Shown here in pieces: positions 17,308 through 27,715 of a stretch of 32,000 nucleotides of DNA; positions within the stretch are counted from its first letter, which is position 1; every line of letters starts with the position of its first letter. Both the position numbers and the translations under genes were made by a program. The notes beneath the pieces are model-generated. The model had not been told where the DNA came from. It ran no database searches and saw only the letters and a program-made list of their open reading frames with translations. This DNA comes from Opitutia bacterium KCR 482 (lineage in GTDB: Bacteria; Verrucomicrobiota; Verrucomicrobiia; Opitutales; Intestinicryptomonadaceae), in the NCBI GenBank assembly GCA_029269845.2, contig CP149973.1:60001-92000 (forward strand), given 5' to 3'.

Positions 17308-18114
17308 ATGAGCAAGGGAAAATACCTTATCAATCTTGCGCCCAAACAGGGCTACAATAAAATCTTTGACGTAGGCGAATACGGCATGAACCTCACGTCG
17401 TTCGGGCTGATAAAGCTCGCGGCGGGAACATCGTACAGGGGCGACACGGGCGGCTTTGAAGTCGCGCTGGTGGTGCTCGGCGGCAAGTGCTCGGCGAAGG
17501 GCGACGGCTTCGAATTCGCGGAGGTCGGCGGACGCAAAAATCCCTTCGACGGCGCGCCGCACACGCTCTACCTGCCGCGCAACACGAAGTACGAGCTTAC
17601 CGCGACAACCGACATCGAGATTGCCTACAACGCGTCTCCCGCCTCGCGCGACACCGCAAAGCCTACTCTCATCACGCCCGACATGACGTGCTCGTTCGAG
17701 CTTGGCCGCGAAAACTTCACGCGCCGCGCGACCGTCATTTTGGACGAAAAATTCGAGTCGGAGCACTTCTATATCGGCGAGGGCATGATACCGTCGGGCA
17801 ACTGGTCGGGCTATCCGCCGCACCGCCACGACATCGACAATCCGCCCGACGAAATCGACATGGAGGAAACCTACTTCTACATGTTCGATCCCGCGCAGGG
17901 CTTCGGAATCCAGAAGATTTACACGCCCGACGGGCGAATCGACGAAACCTACACCGTCAAGAACTACGACACCGTCGCAATCGCGGAGGGATTCCACCCG
18001 CTGTGCGGCGCGCCTGGGTACTCCATGTACTACCTTTGGACGATGGCGGGCAAAAACAACCGCGGTTTGATTTCGTCGCTCGACCCCGAACACAAATGGG
18101 TTGTCGGAAAATAA
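17308..18114 (+). CDS. iolB: 5-deoxy-glucuronate isomerase (IolB, KduI/IolB cupin family)
   Basis: 268 aa. SGNWSGYPPHRHDIDNPPDEIDMEETYFYMFDPAQGFGIQKIYTPDGRIDETYTV..GFHPLCGAPGYSMYYLWTMAG closely parallels B. subtilis IolB (SGNWSSYPPHKHDQDNLPEESFLEETYYHELDPGQGFVFQRVYTDDRSIDETMTV). Confidence 0.85.
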   Translation: MSKGKYLINLAPKQGYNKIFDVGEYGMNLTSFGLIKLAAGTSYRGDTGGFEVALVVLGGKCSAKGDGFEFAEVGGRKNPFDGAPHTLYLPRNTKYELTATTDIEIAYNASPASRDTAKPTLITPDMTCSFELGRENFTRRATVILDEKFESEHFYIGEGMIPSGNWSGYPPHRHDIDNPPDEIDMEETYFYMFDPAQGFGIQKIYTPDGRIDETYTVKNYDTVAIAEGFHPLCGAPGYSMYYLWTMAGKNNRGLISSLDPEHKWVVGK

Positions 18115-19637
18115 TGGACGGAGTTCGCGACATCTTGCTCGGCGTCGATTTCGGCACGGGAGGCTGCAAGGTCTCGGCGTTGTCGGCGGCGGACGGGCGT
18201 TTGCTGGGCGACGCGTCGGTCGAATACGCAACCGAGTACGCGCATGCGGGCTGGTCGGAGCAGAACCCCGACGATTGGTATGCGGCGATGCGCGGGGCAA
18301 TCCGCGCGGTTGCGGCGAAGGGTGTCGATTTGTCGAAAGTGCGCGCGCTCGCGTTCGACGGCTCGACCCACAACGCGGTTCTCATGGACGCCGGCTACAA
18401 GCCAATCCGCAAGACAATCATGTGGACCGACCAGCGCAGCGTCGCCGAGTGCGCCCTGTTGCGCGAAAAGTACGGCGAGACGATTTTAAAAACCGCATAC
18501 CAGTCGCCCAGCCCGACGTGGACGCTGCCGCAAATGATGTGGCTTAAAAACAACGAGCCTGAAATTCTAAAAAAGACAAAGCGCGTGCTCTTCGTGAAAG
18601 ACTACGTTCGCTACCTGCTCACGGGAGTCGCCGTAAGCGACTACATCGAGGCGCAGGGCACGCTGTTTTTCGACATGAAAACCATGTCGTGGAGCAGGGA
18701 GCTTGTGGAGCTTTCGGGGCTTGATTTCGACGCCCTGCCGAAGCTCGTCAAGCCCACCGACGCCGTCGGGCGCGTCGGCGCAAAGGCGGCAGCCGACACG
18801 GGGCTTCCCGAGGGCGCTCTCGTAGTCTGCGGCACGAGCGATTCCGCCGTGGAAGACTACGGCGCGGGTGCGGTAGAAGTAGGCGACTGCATCGTAAAGC
18901 TCGCCACCGCGGGCAACGTGAACGTCATGACCGCCGAACCGCACCCGTTCAAAACCACGCTCACATACTCGCACGTCGTTGAGGGCATGTGGTACACTGT
19001 GTCGGCGACAAACGCCGCCGCGCTCTGCCAACGCTGGTTTAGGGACGCGTTCTGCGGGCTTGAAAAAATCGAGGCGGAAAAGTCGGGCGGGCGCGTTTTC
19101 GCGATGATGGACGCCGCCGCGGCGGAGTCTCCCGTAGGCGCAAACGGCGTAATGTTCCATCCCTACTTGCAGGGCGAGCGTTCGCCGTATTGGGACGCAA
19201 ACTTGCGGGCGAGCTTCACGGGAGTTTCGATTTCGTCCACAAAGGGCGATTTTATCCGCGCGCTTCTCGAAGGCGTGGCGTTTTCGCTCAAAGACTGCTA
19301 CGGGGTAATCGCCGAAATGGGGCTTCCTGTCGGGCGCATATTTCTCATCGGCGGCGGGGCGCGGAGCGCGTTGTGGAGCGAAATAGTCGCTGACGTTTTC
19401 AATGTCGAAGTCGCGGTGCCGTCCCCTGGGGACGCGTCGTTCGGCGCGGCGCTGCTTGCGGGCGTCGGCGCGGGATTCTTCGCCGACGCGAAGTCGGCGG
19501 TCGCCAAGTGCCTTAAAATCGACAGGACCGTAAAACCCGACCCCGCGCGCGCGGCAAAGTACGCGGCGCTTTTCGAAAAATACAAGGCGGTGCACGACGC
19601 CCTCGCGCCCGTCTACAATTCAAATTTCCAAAAATAA
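18114..19637 (+). CDS. FGGY-family carbohydrate kinase (xylulokinase-like)
   Basis: Its ATG overlaps the iolB stop (ATAATGG). Motifs: ILLGVDFGTGGCKVS, GWSEQNPDDWY, HPYLQGERSPYWD, GGGARSALWSEIVADVF. Confidence 0.85.
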   Translation: MDGVRDILLGVDFGTGGCKVSALSAADGRLLGDASVEYATEYAHAGWSEQNPDDWYAAMRGAIRAVAAKGVDLSKVRALAFDGSTHNAVLMDAGYKPIRKTIMWTDQRSVAECALLREKYGETILKTAYQSPSPTWTLPQMMWLKNNEPEILKKTKRVLFVKDYVRYLLTGVAVSDYIEAQGTLFFDMKTMSWSRELVELSGLDFDALPKLVKPTDAVGRVGAKAAADTGLPEGALVVCGTSDSAVEDYGAGAVEVGDCIVKLATAGNVNVMTAEPHPFKTTLTYSHVVEGMWYTVSATNAAALCQRWFRDAFCGLEKIEAEKSGGRVFAMMDAAAAESPVGANGVMFHPYLQGERSPYWDANLRASFTGVSISSTKGDFIRALLEGVAFSLKDCYGVIAEMGLPVGRIFLIGGGARSALWSEIVADVFNVEVAVPSPGDASFGAALLAGVGAGFFADAKSAVAKCLKIDRTVKPDPARAAKYAALFEKYKAVHDALAPVYNSNFQK

Positions 19638-19654
19638 AAAGGAGAAAAACAGAA

Positions 19655-21100
19655 ATGTTCGTATCAAAAGACAGCTATATGTTCGAAATGATTAGAACGG
19701 AACTCGCCGACGCCGTCGGCGCGGATTTCGTCAGCACGGGAGATTCCGACAAGTTCGGGCACTCCATTGACTACTACTGGATTCCCGAAATGTGGCACGA
19801 CCGCGGACTCCCAACTCCGAAGCCCGATTTCGTCGTCCACCCCGGAAGCGCGGAGGAAGTGGCGAAAGTCATGAAAATCGCCAACCAGTATAAAATTCCC
19901 GTCGTTACATGGGGCGGCGGTTCGGGCTCGCAGGGCGGCGCGTTGCCCGTCGCGGGCGGAATCGTCCTCGACACGAAACGCATGAACAGGGTTTTGGCAA
20001 TCGACGAGGAGTCGCTGACTGTTACCGCGGAAACCGGCATCATCATGCGCCAGCTCGAATGGGCGGTCAACAAAAAGGGCTATTCGACAATGCACCTTCC
20101 AGCCTCAATCGCGTGCGCTACAATCGGCGGATTCCTCGCGCACAGGGGTACGGGCGTCCTCTCCACAAAGTGGGGTAAAATAGAAGACATGGTTATGAGC
20201 CTCGAAGTCGTGACGCCGACTGGCGAAATTATCAACACGCTTCCCGTGCCGCGCCACGCGTCGGGTCCCGACCTTACGATGATGTTCCTCGGCAGCGAGG
20301 GCACGCTTGGAGTAATCACGAAAGTCTGCCTGAAAATCCACCCCAAGCCCGAAGAACGCCAGTTCCGCGCGTATCTCTTCAAGGACTTCCACACCGCCAT
20401 GAGCGCGGGCGCAGACCTCATGCGCAGCCGCCTGCGCCCCTGCGCCGTGCGCCTCTACGACGAAACCGAAACCCTCACGCACGTCAAAAAAGTGTTCGGA
20501 ATCGACATCGGCTCGGGCGCGTATCTGGTCTTCGGTTTCGACGGCAACAAGGACATCGTCGAATTGCAGATGAAGCACGCCCGCGAAATCATGGAGGGCA
20601 AGTACAAGGGTACCGACCTCGGCAGCAAGGGCGGAGACCTCTGGTGGAAGAACAAGTACAAATTCTTCTACCCAGGCTACATGTTCCACCTGCCGCAGGC
20701 GTTCGGCACGCTCGACACGGTCGCCGACTTCGCCCACATCGAAAAGGTCTATTGGGCGATGAAAAAAGTGGTCAACGAAAAGTTCCCGAAGGCGCGTTTC
20801 ATCGGGCACTTCTCGCACTGGTACGAGTGGGGCTGCATGCTCTACGCCCGCTTCATTTTCGAGGGCAAGGACGTTCCGCAGGATCCCCGCGAGGCGGCGG
20901 CTCTCTACAACGCCGTTTGGGACGCCGCAATCCGCGCGGCAATCGAAAACGGCGGCGTAATCAACGAACACCACGGCGTGGGCTTGAAGCTCGGCAGGTA
21001 CATGAAAGACCTGTACAAAAACAGCTTCCCGATTCTCGAAGGAATCAAGAACACGCTCGACCCCAACCACATTATGAACCCAGGGAAAATGGGACTCTAA
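19655..21100 (+). CDS. FAD-linked oxidase/dehydrogenase (GlcD / alkyl-DHAP-synthase-like, FAD_binding_4 type)
   Basis: AAAGGAG RBS. Motifs: HPGSAEEVAKVMKIANQYKIPVVTWGGGSGSQGGALPVAGGIVLD, and C-terminal NEHHGVGLKLGRYM ... LDPNHIMNPGK. Confidence 0.8.
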   Translation: MFVSKDSYMFEMIRTELADAVGADFVSTGDSDKFGHSIDYYWIPEMWHDRGLPTPKPDFVVHPGSAEEVAKVMKIANQYKIPVVTWGGGSGSQGGALPVAGGIVLDTKRMNRVLAIDEESLTVTAETGIIMRQLEWAVNKKGYSTMHLPASIACATIGGFLAHRGTGVLSTKWGKIEDMVMSLEVVTPTGEIINTLPVPRHASGPDLTMMFLGSEGTLGVITKVCLKIHPKPEERQFRAYLFKDFHTAMSAGADLMRSRLRPCAVRLYDETETLTHVKKVFGIDIGSGAYLVFGFDGNKDIVELQMKHAREIMEGKYKGTDLGSKGGDLWWKNKYKFFYPGYMFHLPQAFGTLDTVADFAHIEKVYWAMKKVVNEKFPKARFIGHFSHWYEWGCMLYARFIFEGKDVPQDPREAAALYNAVWDAAIRAAIENGGVINEHHGVGLKLGRYMKDLYKNSFPILEGIKNTLDPNHIMNPGKMGL

Positions 21101-21119
21101 TAAGGAAGGATATTTTAAC

Positions 21120-22202
21120 ATGAATATTGACAATTTTGTAGAAGACGTAAAAAAGTGCCGTTTCTGCTTCATGTGCCGCCACCTTTCGGGCGTGGCAAAC
21201 GTGAGCTTCCGCGAGGCCGACACTCCCAGAATCCGAAGCTCCATGGTTTGGGGCGCAATGCTCGACAACTCGAAGCTCGCCAACCCCGACTTCATCGACA
21301 CGATTTACTCGTCCGACATGTCGGCGGCGTGCCGCTTCCACTGCGTCAACAAGTGGGACGAAAACGGCATAGTGCTCGCCGCCCGCCGCGACATCGTGGA
21401 GGCCGGTCTTGCGCCTGCGGAGGTCGCAAAGCTTGCAAAGAAGCTTGCGGCAACCCCCGCCGCCCCGAAAATTTCGGGCAAGGCGGAGCTGCTCTACTAC
21501 GTCGATTCCGACACCGCAGCTCTTGCGACGGAATCGGCGGCGTTCGAAAAACTCGCAAAAGCCGCGGGCGTTAAGTTCGCCACGGCAAGCGAAGGCAATT
21601 GCGGCAAGGCGCTCAAAGTTTTGGGATATGCCGAAGACGCAAATAAGAAGCTTGCCGAATTCGTCGAAGCCCTGAACGCGTCGGGCGCGAAGAAAATAGT
21701 GGTGTCAAGCCCCTATGTCTACGACGCTCTTGTAAACGACACGACTGAATGCGGACTTAAACTTTCGGCGAAAGTAATGCACGTCTCCGAATTTGCGGCG
21801 ACAGCGAAAATCAAGTACGCAAAAAAGGCCGGCGCGCTCTACTACCTCGAAAGCGACTACCTCAAAAACTACAACGACAACCTCAAATTCCCCCGCGCGC
21901 TCCTCGCGAAAATCAAGGCGAAAAGCCCGCAGGAATTCACCACCGACATTCAGGAAACGCCGATAGACTTCATGTTCGGCACGAACAACGAAGAGTCGTA
22001 CACATGCGGCGAGGGCGCGGTTGTGCTCAACATAATCCGCCCGAAGCTTGTCCGCAAAATGGCGAAGTATGTCGAGTCGAAAGCCGACGACGTCAAGAAC
22101 GACGTGATTGCCGTCGCAAGTCCGTACACGAAAAGCCAACTTGCCAAGTACACCAAGCTGAAAGTTCTCACGCTTGCGGAACTCGCGGCGCAATGCCTGT
22201 AA
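21120..22202 (+). CDS. putative Fe-S partner subunit (GlcF/GlpC/HdrD-like, degenerate)
   Basis: AAGGAAGGA RBS, 19 nt after the oxidase gene. The N-terminus has CRFCFMC (CxxCxxC) plus CRFHC. Two C-terminal repeats have only xCG (GNCGKA, YTCGEGA) where the CCG motif would be expected. The assignment rests on context plus cysteine pattern only. Confidence 0.4.
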   Translation: MNIDNFVEDVKKCRFCFMCRHLSGVANVSFREADTPRIRSSMVWGAMLDNSKLANPDFIDTIYSSDMSAACRFHCVNKWDENGIVLAARRDIVEAGLAPAEVAKLAKKLAATPAAPKISGKAELLYYVDSDTAALATESAAFEKLAKAAGVKFATASEGNCGKALKVLGYAEDANKKLAEFVEALNASGAKKIVVSSPYVYDALVNDTTECGLKLSAKVMHVSEFAATAKIKYAKKAGALYYLESDYLKNYNDNLKFPRALLAKIKAKSPQEFTTDIQETPIDFMFGTNNEESYTCGEGAVVLNIIRPKLVRKMAKYVESKADDVKNDVIAVASPYTKSQLAKYTKLKVLTLAELAAQCL

Positions 22203-22206
22203 TGCC

Positions 22207-23034
22207 ATGCCGCTTGTATCGTTAAGGGAAATTCTGCCCGAAGCGCGCCGCCAAAAGCGCGCCGTCGGGGCGTTCAATGTGGCGAACTACGAGTGCGCGC
22301 TCGGCGTTATCAGAGCCGCCGAGGGAGAAAAGTCGCCCGTGATAATTCAGGTGTTCCAGCGTCTGTTCCGCTCCGAAAAAGGCGCGGACTTGGCGGGAAC
22401 GCTGCTGCGCATGGCGCACAGGTGCTCGCAGCCCGTCGCCGTCCACCTCGACCACGGCGCGGAGGCATCGCAGGTTCGCGACGCCCTCGCGGCGGGATTC
22501 TCGTCGGTGATGTTCGACGGCTCGAAGCTTCCGTTCGACGAAAACGCCGCTCTCACGAAATACTCCGCCGACTACGCGCACGCCGTCGGCGCGAGCTGCG
22601 AGGGCGAAATAGGGCACGTCGCCATGGGCGACGAAAGCGCGATTACGACCGTTGAGGACGCCGTGAAATTCTACGACGCCACAAAGGTGGACGCCCTCGC
22701 GGTGTCGGTCGGCACCGTCCACGGCTTCTACACCGCAGAGCCTAAAATCGAGGTCGGGCGTTGCCGCGAAATCGCCGACGCCCTTCCCGAAGTTCCGCTC
22801 GTGCTCCACGGCGGTTCGGGAACTCCCCCGCAGGACGTCCGCGCACTCATCGAAAACGGCGTTTCCAAAATCAACATCGCAACCGAGTACATGGACACTT
22901 TCCTGAAATCGGTAAAAAAACAGCTCGATTTGCTCGACGGAAAATTCAGGCCAATCGACCTGTTCATGGACCCCGTAGTCGACGACTGCGCCGCACACGT
23001 TTCGCGGCTGATTCGCTTCTTCGCGGGAAAATAG
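22207..23034 (+). CDS. class II (metal-dependent, FBA/tagatose-bisphosphate/IolJ-type) ketose-bisphosphate aldolase
   Basis: Start at ATG 22207 (MPLVSLREIL...). Motifs: GAFNVANYE, PVAVHLDHG, SVMFDGS, EGEIGHV, LAVSVGTVHG, LVLHGGSG, KINIATE. Confidence 0.85.
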   Translation: MPLVSLREILPEARRQKRAVGAFNVANYECALGVIRAAEGEKSPVIIQVFQRLFRSEKGADLAGTLLRMAHRCSQPVAVHLDHGAEASQVRDALAAGFSSVMFDGSKLPFDENAALTKYSADYAHAVGASCEGEIGHVAMGDESAITTVEDAVKFYDATKVDALAVSVGTVHGFYTAEPKIEVGRCREIADALPEVPLVLHGGSGTPPQDVRALIENGVSKINIATEYMDTFLKSVKKQLDLLDGKFRPIDLFMDPVVDDCAAHVSRLIRFFAGK

Positions 23035-23041
23035 GGCATGC

Positions 23042-23080
23042 GGGGCGTCCGTCCGCGACTGCGGACGCCCCGATTTTTTT
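23042..23080 (+). terminator. rho-independent terminator/attenuator between the aldolase and MFS genes
   Basis: GGGGCG(tccg)TCCGC-gact-GCGGACGCCCC followed by gaTTTTTTT. Confidence 0.7.
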
Positions 23081-23104
23081 CGAAACTCAAACCACGGCGT
23101 TATT

Positions 23105-24361
23105 ATGAACAGGGAAAAAAGCAACGAGATTTACAAATGGGTTCTGCTCGGACTTCTATGGGTGGCGTACTTTTTGCAGCAGGGCACGCGGCAGATTTAC
23201 AACGCCGTAATTCCGCAGATACAGTCGGACTTCGGCGTAGATTCCGTGCACATCGGGCTTGTGGCGACGGTCTTCACTTTCACCTACGGAATCTGCGTGC
23301 CGCTGGCGGGAATCGCAAGCGACATTTTCAGGCGCAAATGGGTAATCGTAATCGGGGTGGGGCTGTTCAGTTTGGGGATATTCTTTTCGTCGTTCGCAAG
23401 CTCAATCGGCATTCTTCTTATCACATACGGCCTGCTGAACGGAATGGGGCAGAGCTTCTACTTCCCGCCCGCGTCGTCGCTGATGGGGCAGCTTCACAGC
23501 GAACGCCGCTCGACGGCGTTTTCGATACACCAAACCGCACAGTATTTGGGCGTCGTGATTTGCAGCTGCGTGGCGGGCTATTTGGGAATGCTAAAACCCG
23601 TGGCGGGCTTTTCGGGCTGGCAGTTGCCGTTTCTGCTCTTCGGCGGAATCGGCATAGTCTGGGCGTTGATTCTTGCGTTCACGATGCGCTATTCGCGCCC
23701 GACGCCGCCGACGGTCTCGCGCGTGGAAATCGCTAAATCCTTCAAGGAGGCGTCGCTGATGATGGTTCGCAAGCCGTCCGCGCTAATACTTTCGCTCGCG
23801 TTCGGCTTCATGGTCTACGTGGACATAGGCTTCAAAACGTGGATGCCGACATACCTCTTCGAGACCTACGGAATGTCAATCGGCGAGGCGGCGTTCAACG
23901 CCGTGATTTGGCACTACGCGGGCGCGTTCCTCGGCGTAATGATAGGCAGCAGGGTTATCGACAGGCTCGTTATGCGGAAAATCCACACGGCGCGTTTCGA
24001 CGCCGACATCGCGGGCTACTTCTTCGCCGCGCCGTTCATATACCTGATGGCGAACGCGTCGGGGCTGCCGATATGCATTCTGGCTCTCTTCCTTTTCGGC
24101 GTGTTCAAGGGCGTTTGCGACGCGGGCATTTTTGCGTCGTTCCTCGACGTCATCGTTCCGCAGTACAGGGCGTCGGCGATGGGAATCATGCTCTGCGTGG
24201 GCTTTGTGATTGGCTCGACGGCGTCAACGGTGCTCGGCTTCATGCGCGACCACTTGGGGCTGACCGCGGGGATTTCCTCGCTTGCGCTGCTCTATTTTGT
24301 AAACGCCGCGATGATTTTTGCCGCAAGAAAATTTTTCTTCCGCCGCGACTACGAAGGTTAG
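23105..24361 (+). CDS. MFS transporter (anion:cation-symporter/hexuronate-like)
   Basis: 418 aa with 12 predicted hydrophobic segments. An MFS loop motif is present (GIASDIFRRKWVIVIG). Confidence 0.8.
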   Translation: MNREKSNEIYKWVLLGLLWVAYFLQQGTRQIYNAVIPQIQSDFGVDSVHIGLVATVFTFTYGICVPLAGIASDIFRRKWVIVIGVGLFSLGIFFSSFASSIGILLITYGLLNGMGQSFYFPPASSLMGQLHSERRSTAFSIHQTAQYLGVVICSCVAGYLGMLKPVAGFSGWQLPFLLFGGIGIVWALILAFTMRYSRPTPPTVSRVEIAKSFKEASLMMVRKPSALILSLAFGFMVYVDIGFKTWMPTYLFETYGMSIGEAAFNAVIWHYAGAFLGVMIGSRVIDRLVMRKIHTARFDADIAGYFFAAPFIYLMANASGLPICILALFLFGVFKGVCDAGIFASFLDVIVPQYRASAMGIMLCVGFVIGSTASTVLGFMRDHLGLTAGISSLALLYFVNAAMIFAARKFFFRRDYEG

Positions 24362-24378
24362 GCGGGATAGTGTTGGTG

Positions 24379-24422
24379 AAAAACGCCCGACGTTCCCTTG
24401 CGGAGCGTCGGGTCTTTTTTTT
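24379..24422. terminator. bidirectional terminator between the convergent MFS and galM genes
   Basis: aaaaa-cg-CCCGACGTTCC-cttgc-GGAGCGTCGGG-tc-TTTTTTTT. The stem is 11 bp including one T-G pair. Confidence 0.75.
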
Positions 24423-24452
24423 GCGGGTTCGATTGCGGCGCGTTGCGCGGTT

Positions 24453-25529
24453 TTATTCGCGCACTCCGAATTTGTAAACGCAGGCGTGCCTGTATTCGCC
24501 GCCCGCGCGGAGGACGGGCGACGGAAAATTCGGCTTGTTCGGCGCGTCGGGGAAGTTTTGCGTTTCGAGGGCGATTCCCGCAAAACGCGCGTAGGGAAGC
24601 CCGTTCTTGCCGTTTTCGCGCGAGGCGAACGTTCCGCCCGCAAAAAATTGCAGCCCCGGCTGGTCGGTGAACACTTGCAGCTCGCGTCCCGACTGCGGGT
24701 CGTACAGCGCCGCCGCAAGCTCCGCCTTGCCCGATGCGCCAGCGTTCAGAACCCAGTTGTGGTCGTAGCCGCAGCCGCGTTTGAGCTGCTCGTTTTCGTC
24801 GCCGATTCGTTCGCCGATACGCGCGGGATTGCGGAAATCGAAAGGAGTGCCGCGCACGCCGGCAAGCTCGCCCGTCGGTACGAGGTTTTCGTTCACGGGG
24901 GTGTATCTGTCGGCGAAAATTTGCAGAATGTGGTCGGAGGTGTCGCCGATTCCCTCGCCGTGCAGATTGAAGAACGAGTGGTTGGTGAGGTTTACGATTG
25001 TGTCGGCGTCGCTTTCGGCGCGGTAGGAAATTTTCAGCGCGTCGTCGTCGCCGAGTTCGTAGCGCATGTCGACGGTCAGAGTCGCGGGGTAGCCCGCGTC
25101 GCCGTCGGGAGATACAAGGCGCATGTCGATTTTCCCTTCGTCGGCGTCGAGCACGTCCCAAACCCGCATGTCGAAGCCGCGCGAGCCGCCGTGGAGGGCG
25201 TTCGAGCCGTTGTTTTTTTCGAGCAGGTATGTTTTGCCGTTAAGCTCAAATTCGCCGTTTGCGATTCTGTTTGCGAAGCGTCCGACCGCCGCGCCGAAAA
25301 ACCGTGCCGCCTTGAAATTCACATATTCGCCGAGCGTTTTGTGCCCGAGAACGACGTCGGCAAAACCGCCGCGCCTGTCCCGCGCGAACAGCTCGACGAT
25401 TCTTCCGCCGAAGTTCGTTATGGACACTTCCGTGCCGTTTTTGTTTTTGAGTGTGTAAAGCGACGTTTTTTTCGAATCTACCGTCGATTCGAAGTCGGAT
25501 TTTTCGATAGCGGAGAGCAACTTTTTCAC
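24453..25529 (-). CDS. galM: aldose 1-epimerase (galactose mutarotase)
   Basis: Motifs: FGAAVGRFANRIANGEFELNGKTYLLEKNNGSNALHGGSRGFD, LTNHSFFNL, ALETQNFPDAPN. There is no in-frame ATG near the N-terminus, and the track start at 25634 lies inside the typA terminator. I therefore place the start at GTG 25529 (VKKLLSAIEK); this start is uncertain. Confidence 0.85.
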   Translation of the reverse strand: MKKLLSAIEKSDFESTVDSKKTSLYTLKNKNGTEVSITNFGGRIVELFARDRRGGFADVVLGHKTLGEYVNFKAARFFGAAVGRFANRIANGEFELNGKTYLLEKNNGSNALHGGSRGFDMRVWDVLDADEGKIDMRLVSPDGDAGYPATLTVDMRYELGDDDALKISYRAESDADTIVNLTNHSFFNLHGEGIGDTSDHILQIFADRYTPVNENLVPTGELAGVRGTPFDFRNPARIGERIGDENEQLKRGCGYDHNWVLNAGASGKAELAAALYDPQSGRELQVFTDQPGLQFFAGGTFASRENGKNGLPYARFAGIALETQNFPDAPNKPNFPSPVLRAGGEYRHACVYKFGVRE

Positions 25530-25633
25530 GCCTAAAATTAAACGCGTTTCGCGCGCGGAAGTCGAGCCGAAAACGCCGTCTCCGCCGAATTTTCCGCGCC
25601 GCGTTTTCCGTTCGCTGCGAAGGGCAGACCGCA

Positions 25634-25670
25634 AAAAAAAATCCCGACGGGGCGCGTCGGGATTTTTTTG
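25634..25670 (-). terminator. rho-independent terminator after typA (bidirectional shape)
   Basis: A9-TCCCGACG-gggcg-CGTCGGGA-T7, 28 nt downstream of the typA stop. Confidence 0.8.
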
Positions 25671-25697
25671 ATTTAAAATGCGCGGATTTGTCAGTTT

Positions 25698-27536
<1,839 letters not shown>

Positions 27537-27635
27537 ATTGAATTGGCGCATATCCAAGTACCATTCAAGAGTATAGTCAAGAATTATGCGCGTTTGCCCT
27601 CCGCCGCGCCCGCCGCAAAAAAAGCGAAAAAAAAT

Positions 27636-27688
27636 TTGACAAAGCCGCCGATTCAAACATTTGATTGAAACATATGATTGAATGCGGT
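27636..27688 (+). promoter_or_regulatory. candidate promoter plus operator region of the TetR-efflux operon
   Basis: TTGACA at 27636-27641, then 18 nt, then TTTGAT. This overlaps the imperfect palindrome TTCAAaCAttTGaTTGAA (27652-27669, 14/18 self-complementary). It also overlaps three 13-nt-phased GATT[C/G]AA repeats starting at 27650, 27663 and 27676. Confidence 0.35.
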
Positions 27689-27715
27689 CTGATACAAAAA
27701 GTGGCGTCGGGCGAC

